Source: a virus
Taxonomy: Duplodnaviria > Caudoviricetes
IMG/VR virus record: IMGVR_UViG_3300033120_000579
Coordinates: 1-64,000 of that record
Length of the DNA: 64,000 nucleotides
Direction: 5' to 3' (one strand)
The position numbers were made by a program, and so were the translations under genes. This document shows positions 1 through 7,857 of this stretch, one piece after another. The notes beneath the pieces were generated by a model. That model had not been told where the DNA came from, made no database searches, and worked only from the letters and a program-made list of their open reading frames with translations. Within the stretch, counting starts at the first letter, position 1, and every line of letters begins with the position of its first letter.

Positions 1-180
1 TCAATCCTCGTGCTACAACTCAGAAATAGTGAGCATTAACATAATAATATAATTATTGAAAAAGTTAAATATTACATAAGTACCATAAATCTGATATTCT
101 TAAATGAATACAAAACCTATTGTGGAATAATAGTAAGCAATAGTTATAAATATAGATAATGAAAAGAATAAATACATATT

Positions 181-220
181 AAAAGGTTCTTATACTTAAT
201 TATTAAGAACCTTTTATTTT
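181..220 (+). terminator. Hairpin / probable intrinsic terminator
   Basis: 12-bp inverted repeat AAAAGGTTCTTA (181-192) / TAAGAACCTTTT (204-215) followed by ATTTT. Confidence 0.55.
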
Positions 221-252
221 AAAATTACAAAACTAAACTAAATATTAAAATT

Positions 253-654
253 ATGAAAAATCAAGAAATTACAATAGGAGATTCAGTAACTTATAGTTTT
301 ACTGATGGTACAAAAGTTACACAACCTATTACAAAACAAGGTTTAACTAATCTTAAAGGTCACAAAAAGTCTCCTCAAGAAATTGAAACAATGTTAGAAA
401 CTACAATGATTGATAAAGGAGCTATTTCATATTCAGTTAATGCTGAAACAGTAGATACTGAACTTCAATTAGTAAAACAACCTGAGTTTACTAAAAAAGA
501 AAGATATAATGCTAAAAAGGATTACAAGGATTTTCAAAAATATAATCCATCAGGATTTAATAATTCATTAAAACAATTCAGAGCTATGGTAATTGATAAA
601 TTTACCAATACTAAGATGAGAGTTAGAATGAATGTAACTGTTGTTGGAGTTTAA
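253..654 (+). CDS. Hypothetical early protein
   Basis: 133-aa ORF with A-rich AAATTATG start context; no recognisable motif. Confidence 0.6.
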   Translation: MKNQEITIGDSVTYSFTDGTKVTQPITKQGLTNLKGHKKSPQEIETMLETTMIDKGAISYSVNAETVDTELQLVKQPEFTKKERYNAKKDYKDFQKYNPSGFNNSLKQFRAMVIDKFTNTKMRVRMNVTVVGV

Positions 655-666
655 ATTAAAATTATA

Positions 667-720
667 AAGTGTTGCTAATCTATCCCGTGATACAATCTGG
701 TTTGAATCAGATCAACACTT
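667..720 (+). ncRNA. tRNA-like mini element (acceptor stem + T-like arm)
   Basis: AAGTGTTG/CAACACTT stem closing a TATC-CCGT-GATA mini hairpin and an ATCTG-GTTTGAAT-CAGAT T-arm-like hairpin. Confidence 0.35.
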
Positions 721-736
721 ATTTTAAAATTATAAT

Positions 737-803
737 AACTCTTAAAGTAAGGTATTATTCGTGTCACTATTTATAAACAAGGATAGTACCAGAAATAAGA
801 GTT
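737..803 (+). ncRNA. Structured intergenic stem-loop with AGUA/GAA (loop E-like) internal loop
   Basis: AACTCTTA/TAAGAGTT outer stem; AAGTAA/AGAAA internal loop; 10-bp GGTATTATTC/GGATAGTACC inner stem with G-U pairs. Confidence 0.45.
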
Positions 804-833
804 TTATTTATTAACTAATTAAAATTAAAAATT

Positions 834-1121
834 ATGAAAACAATATTATTAAGTATAATACCAGAATTAATATATATCTTTTGGTTTACATTATTAGTTG
901 CTTTTGGAGTTATTTGGTCAATTATAAAAACTACTCCAAATTTAGATGATAATATTAAGGAAACTAATATTAATATAAATATTCAAAAAATTAACAAAAT
1001 AGGTTATAATCCTGAAGAGGATGATGAAATAACTGGTTATGAATATGCTGAGAAACCACATGTTGAAAAGAATGGTGGTTATATTAATGAACATTTAAAA
1101 TCTGTAATAAATGAAAAATAG
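834..1121 (+). CDS. Small membrane protein
   Basis: N-terminal hydrophobic helix (LIYIFWFTLLVAFGVIWSII). Confidence 0.6.
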   Translation: MKTILLSIIPELIYIFWFTLLVAFGVIWSIIKTTPNLDDNIKETNININIQKINKIGYNPEEDDEITGYEYAEKPHVEKNGGYINEHLKSVINEK

Positions 1122-1190
1122 AATTAGTATTTGGAGTATATTTCATAATGAACAAAGTTGTTTTGGTTATTATAAAATACTTTATAAATT

Positions 1191-1478
1191 ATGAAAAAAT
1201 TATTAATCATATTAATATTATTATTTAGTATTAATATATATTCACAAGATACTTTATATACTGCAAAATCTATTTACAAAGGTAAATATATTACAGGATA
1301 TGTAATTGCTAAAATTACAAAAGATACAACAATATTTATTAGAATAAATAAATATAGTAAATTAAATAAAACAATTTCTTGGAAAAAACAATATAAATTA
1401 TATATTGAAAATTATCCTAAAAATTTACTTTATTTAAATGAAGAATATAGAAATAATTTAAGATCTAATAGATTATGA
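1191..1478 (+). CDS. Secreted hypothetical protein (Sec signal peptide)
   Basis: MKKLLIILILLFSINIYS|QD: signal peptide with Gln at predicted +1. Confidence 0.6.
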   Translation: MKKLLIILILLFSINIYSQDTLYTAKSIYKGKYITGYVIAKITKDTTIFIRINKYSKLNKTISWKKQYKLYIENYPKNLLYLNEEYRNNLRSNRL

Positions 1479-2008
1479 GTGAGAAAAAACAAGTGTTTCT
1501 ATCATTAGAAACTGCTAGAAAAATGTGGAAATATTATTCTGATGATGAAAATGAAGATTCACCAGGACAATTATTTCTATTAGAAAACTTCACTAAAGAA
1601 GAATTAGAAGCTAAAGAATTACCTAAAAGTTGGGAAGAATTAAACCCTATTGAAGTAGCAAAAGGTTATTATATAAATTATGATTCTAGAATTATTGTAA
1701 ATGCTAAGGGATTTGGATGTCATGAAAATAATAAAAATATATTTCCAACTAAAGAATTAGCTGAAGCATCATTAGCATTATCTCAATTATTACAATTAAG
1801 AGATAGATATAATGGTAATTGGAAAGTTGATTTAAATAATAGACCAAATGAAATTAGATACACTATTTCTAATGTATATAACAATATAACAAAAGATTAT
1901 TGTAAATCTGGAGGTAATTTAATATTATCATTTCAAAAAGAATCTATCAGAGATCAATTTATTGAAAATTTTTCTGAACTTATAAATCAAGCACTTCCAT
2001 TATTATGA
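1475..2008 (+). CDS. Hypothetical protein, distant paralog of the DGR target
   Basis: Same architecture as 3541-4035 (LLENFTKEEL vs LEETFGKEFF; LSFQKESIRDQFIENF vs FYFKDEETAKHCANKF); no TR-matching DNA. Confidence 0.55.
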   Translation: MSEKKQVFLSLETARKMWKYYSDDENEDSPGQLFLLENFTKEELEAKELPKSWEELNPIEVAKGYYINYDSRIIVNAKGFGCHENNKNIFPTKELAEASLALSQLLQLRDRYNGNWKVDLNNRPNEIRYTISNVYNNITKDYCKSGGNLILSFQKESIRDQFIENFSELINQALPLL

Positions 2009-2244
2009 TACAATTAGGACATTTAACAGTAATTTTTGTAGTTTTAATATTATATGTATTATGGTCATATTATTCTTGGAAAGATATAAATAAACAATCT
2101 AATAAACCTTTTCCAAATTTTAACGAATATACTGCGATATATATGATATTTCATATAATTACAATAATAATAGGTTTACTAATTTTAGTTAGTTACTATA
2201 TTATTAGATTTATTGAATATTTAAATAAATATCAAATACTTTAA
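2005..2244 (+). CDS. Small two-TM membrane protein
   Basis: Two hydrophobic segments; ATGA overlap with upstream gene. Confidence 0.6.
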   Translation: MIQLGHLTVIFVVLILYVLWSYYSWKDINKQSNKPFPNFNEYTAIYMIFHIITIIIGLLILVSYYIIRFIEYLNKYQIL

Positions 2245-2285
2245 TTACATAATTATTTTATGTGATTTTAAAAATAACTAAAATT

Positions 2286-2466
2286 AAAACCATTTAATCC
2301 TTAAAATGGCTAGGAGTGAAATTATATGTACACTGTCAGCAGTTAATTATAATGGAACTTGTGAGAGTTAATAGTTATATAAAATTATAAATCCATTATG
2401 TTTTTAACATTCAAGAAATATAAAAATAATATAATAATATTTAACGCCACTCACTTAGATGGTTTT
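2286..2466 (+). ncRNA. Candidate ~180-nt structured ncRNA
   Basis: 11-bp closing stem AAAACCATTTA/TAGATGGTTTT, ATAATGGA/TCCATTAT stem, GNRA-capped AACTT-GTGA-GAGTT hairpin, possible TGGC/GCCA pseudoknot. Confidence 0.45.
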
Positions 2467-2481
2467 TATTAATTAAATTCT

Positions 2482-2643
2482 ATGGGAATTACTAAAAAAG
2501 GATTAGGTTATTCTGATAATGCTAAAGAATTATATCAAATAGCTTTAGATAATTATAACAATAATCCAAATGATGAAATATTATATGAATTATTTCAAAG
2601 ATCTATTGATTATAATAGAAGCATTGGAATAGAATCATACTAA
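2482..2643 (+). CDS. Small hypothetical protein (53 aa, below ORF-track cutoff)
   Basis: MGITKKGLGYSDNAKELYQIALDNY...IGIESY* read directly from sequence. Confidence 0.45.
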   Translation: MGITKKGLGYSDNAKELYQIALDNYNNNPNDEILYELFQRSIDYNRSIGIESY

Positions 2644-2668
2644 CTAATTAAAAAATAAATTAAAAATT

Positions 2669-3169
2669 ATGAAATTAAAATTATTACTATGTTTATTAAT
2701 GATAACAAATTTATCATTTGGACAAAAAGATTCTACAAATGTAGATAATTTTCAAGAAACTGATAAAGTATTATCAGAAGTAGTTAAAAAAGCATTAATT
2801 GTTGCTGAAAAAACTGGAGATTTTGTTATTGAACAAGCTCCATTATTATTACAAGAGTTTTATGCTTGGCATATTACATCACATATTTTTGGAATAATAT
2901 TATCATTACTTATATTTTTAACAGGTAGATATCTTCCATACATATGGATAACTTATAAAGAATGTCAAGGAAATAATTCTATTAAATTTTTTAATAGATA
3001 TACTTCTAATTCTTATTATGATGATTCATTAATACCTGCTTATATTATTATGGTTATAGGTTCAATAACCTCTGTTATAATATTATCTATTAATATATAC
3101 AATCTTATATATATTTTAGTTGCACCTAAATTGTATTTAATAGATTATTTTATTAATCAAAATCAATAA
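2669..3169 (+). CDS. Membrane protein with signal peptide
   Basis: MKLKLLLCLLMITNLSFG|QK signal peptide followed by two TM helices. Confidence 0.65.
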   Translation: MKLKLLLCLLMITNLSFGQKDSTNVDNFQETDKVLSEVVKKALIVAEKTGDFVIEQAPLLLQEFYAWHITSHIFGIILSLLIFLTGRYLPYIWITYKECQGNNSIKFFNRYTSNSYYDDSLIPAYIIMVIGSITSVIILSINIYNLIYILVAPKLYLIDYFINQNQ

Positions 3170-3359
3170 TTATGAGTAAATCTTCAAATAAATCAAAATT
3201 AAATCAACTAATGAGTTGGTTAGAATCTAGTAAAGTAATTAAACCAATTATTACTTTATACAATTAAAATACACGTTTATTGCCGACTTGAACAAAAGTT
3301 CTCGAATAAAATGTTCCTTTATAATACGTCTTGGCTTAGGAACCATATATTTTAATAAA

Positions 3360-3423
3360 GATGAAATAGTTTAGTGTTTAAAACTGTATTTATACAACGT
3401 AGGTTGGAATCCTACAATCATCT
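3360..3423 (+). ncRNA. tRNA-like RNA with truncated anticodon arm
   Basis: GATGA/TCATC acceptor, U8-A9, GTTT/AAAC D-stem, GTAGG-TTGGAAT-CCTAC T-arm; anticodon arm only ~10 nt (GTATTTATAC). Confidence 0.5.
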
Positions 3424-3540
3424 TGTCGTAGTCTTATAGAGAGGCTTTAACAAATTATCTCTTGTAATGAGGCTCTAAGGATATATTTAAATTAATATGT
3501 CCTTATAGAGTCTTAATTAACTAAATTAAACAATATTATT

Positions 3541-4035
3541 ATGAGTAAAGATAAAATATCATTAGTAATTGATAGTTCAAAAGCTAAATTACTATATAAA
3601 AATGCAGATACATCTTTAAAAACAATTTTAGAAGAAACTTTTGGAAAAGAGTTTTTTAGTGAAAAATTAATAGATCGTATAAACACAATTGAAGATGTTT
3701 ATAAAGAATTGAATAGAAAACAACCTATACTTTCAGATTATAAATTTCTACCAGTTGAAAAAAGAGAAAAAGCAATGTGTAATCAATATGCTGAAGATAT
3801 TTCTGAAGTATTTGCTGAAGGCTTAAAATTTGATTTTACAAATTTAAATCAAAGAAAATATTATAATTGGTATGAAAAAAAACAAAACAGTTGGGTGTTG
3901 GACAGCGTCCTTTACGGCTGCCTCTGTTCGGTCTTTGTTTCTGGTTTTTACTTTAAAGACGAAGAAACAGCTAAACATTGTGCTAATAAATTCTTAGATT
4001 CTGTTTATTCAAAGGTTTTAGAACCTTTAGGTTAA
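3541..4035 (+). CDS. DGR target protein (variable protein)
   Basis: Contains VR 3889-3952 encoding SWVLDSVLYGCLCSVFVSGFY, which differs from TR only at TR adenines. Confidence 0.9.
   Translation: MSKDKISLVIDSSKAKLLYKNADTSLKTILEETFGKEFFSEKLIDRINTIEDVYKELNRKQPILSDYKFLPVEKREKAMCNQYAEDISEVFAEGLKFDFTNLNQRKYYNWYEKKQNSWVLDSVLYGCLCSVFVSGFYFKDEETAKHCANKFLDSVYSKVLEPLG
3889..3952 (+). repeat. DGR variable repeat (VR)
   Basis: 64-nt ungapped match to 4056-4119; all 43 non-A TR positions identical; 16 of 21 TR adenines substituted (9 G, 5 T, 2 C). Confidence 0.95.
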
Positions 4036-4055
4036 TATTAGAACAAGTTTTAGAA

Positions 4056-4119
4056 AGTTGAGTGTTGAACAACGTCAATTACAACTACATCAATTCGAAC
4101 TTTGATTCTAGTTATTACT
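4056..4119 (+). repeat. DGR template repeat (TR)
   Basis: Non-coding, AAC/AAT-rich in the VR frame (AAC AAC GTC AAT TAC AAC TAC ATC AAT TCG AAC), lying between target and RT. Confidence 0.95.
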
Positions 4120-4224
4120 CAAATTAAAAATTAATATTAACCCTACCTATTGGTAAAAAATGTAAAGACTTAAAAAGATATTAGTATCAGATGATGAGAA
4201 AATTTCTTACGATAAGTAAAATTA

Positions 4225-5175
4225 ATGAAACGATACAATAATTTATATAATAAAATATTTCATATGGATAACCTAATCCTAGCTGATAAAAAAGCTAGGA
4301 AAGGGAAATCTAAAAGTAAAGAAATAATTGAATTTGATAAAAATAAATATGAATATTTACAACAATTACAAAATTTATTAATTAATAAAGAATACACTAC
4401 TTCAGAATATGAAATATTTACAATTACAGATCCAAAATTAAGAGAGATATATAAATTACCATATTTTCCTGATAGAATATTACATCATGCAATTATGAAT
4501 ATTTTAGAACCTATATTTGTACAAACATTTATATCAACGACATTTAATTGTATTAAAGGTAGAGGTATTCATAAAGCTCATAAATATATTAGGAATTCTT
4601 TACAAGATATAGAAAATACTAAATATTGTTTAAAATTAGATATTAAAAAATTTTATCCTAACATAAATAATGAAATTCTAAAGTTATTGTTAAGAAAAAA
4701 ATTCAAAGACAAAGATTTATTACAATTATTGGATAATATAATTGATTCTGTTCAAGGTCAACCAATTGGAAATTATATTTCACAATTTTTTGCTAATTTT
4801 TATCTTAGTTATTTTGATCATTGGATTAAAGAAGTTTTAAAAGTAAAATATTATTGTAGATATTGTGATGATTTAGTATTTTTACATAGTGATAAAAATT
4901 ATTTAAGAAATACTTTAAAAGAAATTAAAGAGTATTTATCTATAAATCTAAAATTAGAATTAAAACATAATTACCAAATATTTCCAGTAAAATCTAGAGG
5001 TATAGATTTTGTAGGTTATAAATTTTATCATTATTATATACTATTAAGAAAATCCATTAAATATAGATATATTAAAATGATAAAACATAATTATAATTAT
5101 AAATCAATAGCATCATACAATGGATGGTTAAATCATTGTAATAGCATAAATTTAAGAAATAAATATGAAATATGA
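4225..5175 (+). CDS. DGR reverse transcriptase
   Basis: RT motifs PKLREI..LPYFPDRILHHA, CIKGRGIH, LKLDIKKFYPNI, QPIGNYISQFFAN, RYCDDL, GIDFVGY; 316 aa, no maturase or endonuclease domain. Confidence 0.95.
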   Translation: MKRYNNLYNKIFHMDNLILADKKARKGKSKSKEIIEFDKNKYEYLQQLQNLLINKEYTTSEYEIFTITDPKLREIYKLPYFPDRILHHAIMNILEPIFVQTFISTTFNCIKGRGIHKAHKYIRNSLQDIENTKYCLKLDIKKFYPNINNEILKLLLRKKFKDKDLLQLLDNIIDSVQGQPIGNYISQFFANFYLSYFDHWIKEVLKVKYYCRYCDDLVFLHSDKNYLRNTLKEIKEYLSINLKLELKHNYQIFPVKSRGIDFVGYKFYHYYILLRKSIKYRYIKMIKHNYNYKSIASYNGWLNHCNSINLRNKYEI

Positions 5176-5192
5176 ATTAAAAAATAAATAAT

Positions 5193-5423
5193 ATGAATAC
5201 AATTCTAATAACATTATTAGTTATAATAACAATGATTGTTTGTTATTATATCAACAAATATATTATGAAGATATATTTGAAAGCTGGAAATATATATGAT
5301 TGGTCATTAGTAAGAACTAATTTATTAATGAGTTTGTTAATATTTCCATCCATACTATATTGGTTAGCTGTATTATTATACAAAATACCAAATATTCCAG
5401 AAGAACCACCAAAATGGTTGTAA
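5193..5423 (+). CDS. Small two-TM membrane protein
   Basis: Two hydrophobic helices. Confidence 0.55.
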   Translation: MNTILITLLVIITMIVCYYINKYIMKIYLKAGNIYDWSLVRTNLLMSLLIFPSILYWLAVLLYKIPNIPEEPPKWL

Positions 5424-5435
5424 CTAATTAAAAAT

Positions 5436-5519
5436 GCTGATGTGATGGAATGCAGACATGCAAGACTTAAACTCTTGTGAGCTTAATAGCTCGTGCCAGT
5501 TCAACTCTGGTCGTCAGTA
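5436..5519 (+). tRNA. tRNA-Leu (UAA)
   Basis: GCTGATG/CGTCAGT acceptor, CAAGA-CTTAAAC-TCTTG anticodon arm, long variable arm GAGCT..AGCTC, GCCAG-TTCAACT-CTGGT T-arm, discriminator A; CCA not encoded. Confidence 0.9.
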
Positions 5520-5576
5520 CAAACTGAATTTCATAATTTTAGTTAGCTTCTTAGGAAGTGTTTAGTTAGTTTTTAG

Positions 5577-5605
5577 ACCCTATCAGAAATGGTAGGGTTT
5601 ATTTT
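5577..5605 (+). terminator. Intrinsic terminator
   Basis: ACCCTATCA-GAAA-TGGTAGGGT followed by TTATTTT. Confidence 0.7.
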
Positions 5606-5663
5606 AAATAACTATAAATTATGAATATAAAAACAAGCTAATAAATAACAAATAATAAAAATT

Positions 5664-7304
5664 ATGAATAAAAATGAATTAAAAGAAGGAGAAATTTATA
5701 ACTATAAGATATATAATCATACATATATCATTAAATTAAATATTAAAAATAATAATCCTAAATTCAAAAATGGATTTGGTGGGAAATACGTTTTTGAATC
5801 TTCTATAAATAAAAAATTTGCAAAAGAAAGAACTATACATTATTTAGATAAAGGTGTTTTTACAAAAGCAACTCCAGAAGAAAAACATTGGTTAAATAGT
5901 TGTATTGACGCTGATAAATTTATATCTTATGAAGAAGCTATGAAATCATTTATTCCTGAATATGTTGAATGTATCAAATTATTTAGACATGATTGGAAAT
6001 TTACAATAAATAAGATATATAAATGGCCACAACCTATTGATAATGTTGGTAAAAAACATCTTGCAATTAATACTTATAAAAGTTGGATTAAATATTTCAA
6101 ACCATCAACAAAAGAAGCTTATGATGCTCAATTTAGAAAAGAAGTAATTAAAGTTAAACCTTTTGACATTGTTTCAGTAATTGGTAGATTTGGTAATGAA
6201 TTATTTTTAAATAAAGATGAATATTATAGAAATAAAGATAAAACTATTTCTGTCTATATACGTGCCAATGATTTAGATAATTATAAAATTAATTCAGTTA
6301 TCAATGAAGAAGGTAATATCTTTATGATTGGTGATATAATTACTCCATCAATAGTAGAAAGTCCTAATAAAGGTAAAGGATTTAAAATTATTGGATTTAG
6401 ACTTAATGTTGATAAATCTATGATTTGTGCTATTACTGATACACATACTCCATATGGAATTGGTATTGATAAAATAGAACATTTCATTGAAAAAGATGAA
6501 TTTGTATTACCTGAAAAATGGTATATTAAATTAACATTAGAAAATATAGAAATAATAGGAAATTGGTTTAAAATTAATAAACATCCAAAAAGTTCAACAG
6601 ATTATCATTGTTTAGATGTAAGAACAAATACTAAACCAAGATATGAAACAATTCATTATCCAGCAATAGAAAATAGATGGGGTTATTATCATGGATCATT
6701 TCGCTCAACAGATTATATAGAAATAACTTTTGACCAATTTAAAAAATATGTTTTAAAAGAAGAAAATAAATCTAATTTAGAAATTCATAATGAAAAAGTA
6801 CTATCAATTTTACCTTTACAAAGTGAAAGAAGATCTGCTGTTATAACTGAAAGTCATGTAGATCAACTAAGATTAAAAGAGGTTGAAATAGATTCTATAG
6901 TTATACCTAATGAAACTTTATTAGAAAAAGCTAAAAGATTATATCCTATTGGAACTAAAATAAAAAGCGCAATTAGTAATTATACTGGAACAATTATTGA
7001 ATTTCCTAAAGAACCTTTAAACAGTAATAACAATATAGTTGTAAATGTTAATAATTCAAATAGTCCTTCTAATATGATATATCTTTACAAATATAATAGA
7101 TGGGCTACAATTATTGAGGATAAACCTAAAGTTGGTGATAAATTTACTATACCTACCAAATCAACTAGCTATAACAATAATATTACTTTTAATGAAAATA
7201 GTATATTTAAAATTCATTCTATCGAAAATAATATTGTTAAATTTATTGGTGGATATGATACAATTGAAACAGTTTTACTCAAAAATATAAAAATTGTTAA
7301 ATAA
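5664..7304 (+). CDS. Mosaic multi-module hypothetical protein
   Basis: 546 aa of short modules; YKINSVINEEGNIFMIGD shared with 7858-8640. Confidence 0.7.
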   Translation: MNKNELKEGEIYNYKIYNHTYIIKLNIKNNNPKFKNGFGGKYVFESSINKKFAKERTIHYLDKGVFTKATPEEKHWLNSCIDADKFISYEEAMKSFIPEYVECIKLFRHDWKFTINKIYKWPQPIDNVGKKHLAINTYKSWIKYFKPSTKEAYDAQFRKEVIKVKPFDIVSVIGRFGNELFLNKDEYYRNKDKTISVYIRANDLDNYKINSVINEEGNIFMIGDIITPSIVESPNKGKGFKIIGFRLNVDKSMICAITDTHTPYGIGIDKIEHFIEKDEFVLPEKWYIKLTLENIEIIGNWFKINKHPKSSTDYHCLDVRTNTKPRYETIHYPAIENRWGYYHGSFRSTDYIEITFDQFKKYVLKEENKSNLEIHNEKVLSILPLQSERRSAVITESHVDQLRLKEVEIDSIVIPNETLLEKAKRLYPIGTKIKSAISNYTGTIIEFPKEPLNSNNNIVVNVNNSNSPSNMIYLYKYNRWATIIEDKPKVGDKFTIPTKSTSYNNNITFNENSIFKIHSIENNIVKFIGGYDTIETVLLKNIKIVK

Positions 7305-7780
7305 TGGCTCAAGATACTAAAATATATTTAAAATTAAATAAAAGACCTAAAAATGTTGCAGAACTAATTGATAAATTATGGTCAGAACCTTATGATAAAT
7401 CAGTTGAAACATATCATAATAAAGAATGTACAATTAAACAATGTGCATCTTATAAAAATAGAAGTTTTGATGATTTTTATTATTTGTGTAAAACCTATTT
7501 TCCAAATGTAACTCCTAAAAAAGTATTTCATGAATTAATTATTTCTAATAGAAATAATAAAATTATAGCATGTTCACATTGTGAAACTATTAGAAAAACT
7601 ACAATATTTTTTTATGATTATAAACAATTAGTTTATGCATGGGTTAATATTTATATTTATAATATAAAAATGAATAAATATAACTCTAAATATTCATGGG
7701 AAGAATTATATCATTTATTAAATATTCATAGTAATGAAGATTTGATTGCTTATAGAGAAAAATATAATATAAAATTATAA
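7304..7780 (+). CDS. Hypothetical protein, RS-xx-D/KTYFP paralog family member 1
   Basis: ETYHNKEC..QC..NRSFDD..CKTYFP..CETIRK. Confidence 0.7.
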   Translation: MAQDTKIYLKLNKRPKNVAELIDKLWSEPYDKSVETYHNKECTIKQCASYKNRSFDDFYYLCKTYFPNVTPKKVFHELIISNRNNKIIACSHCETIRKTTIFFYDYKQLVYAWVNIYIYNIKMNKYNSKYSWEELYHLLNIHSNEDLIAYREKYNIKL

Positions 7781-7857
7781 ATTATGAAAGAACAACATTA
7801 TTTAGATTCCATGCAAGAAGATTGGATGGATGGAGATAAAGATTTATACATATCATC

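Larger units (their letters stand above)
3541..5175 (+). mobile_element. Diversity-generating retroelement cassette (target-VR, TR, spacer, RT; no avd ORF)
   Basis: Co-located VR/TR pair with adenine-specific differences and a DGR-type RT. Confidence 0.93.

Noticed and set aside
1-34. TCAATCC at the window edge resembling the 3' half of a tRNA T-arm
   Set aside because: The 5' part lies outside the window, so it cannot be verified
812-836. Recurrent TAACTAATTAAAA...ATTATG motif as a virion-RNAP promoter
   Set aside because: Nearly always adjacent to start codons in very AT-rich DNA; more simply explained as SD-less Bacteroidota translation initiation regions
3271-3515. tmRNA
   Set aside because: No GGGG..CCA alanyl acceptor with G3-U70 and no tag ORF of the expected layout
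4015-4056. GTTTTAGAA occurring twice, reminiscent of a type II CRISPR repeat start
   Set aside because: Only 9 nt, no regular repeat-spacer array and no cas genes
4225-5175. RT as group II intron, retron or Abi RT
   Set aside because: No maturase/endonuclease domain or VTG retron motif; the adjacent TR/VR pair explains it as a DGR
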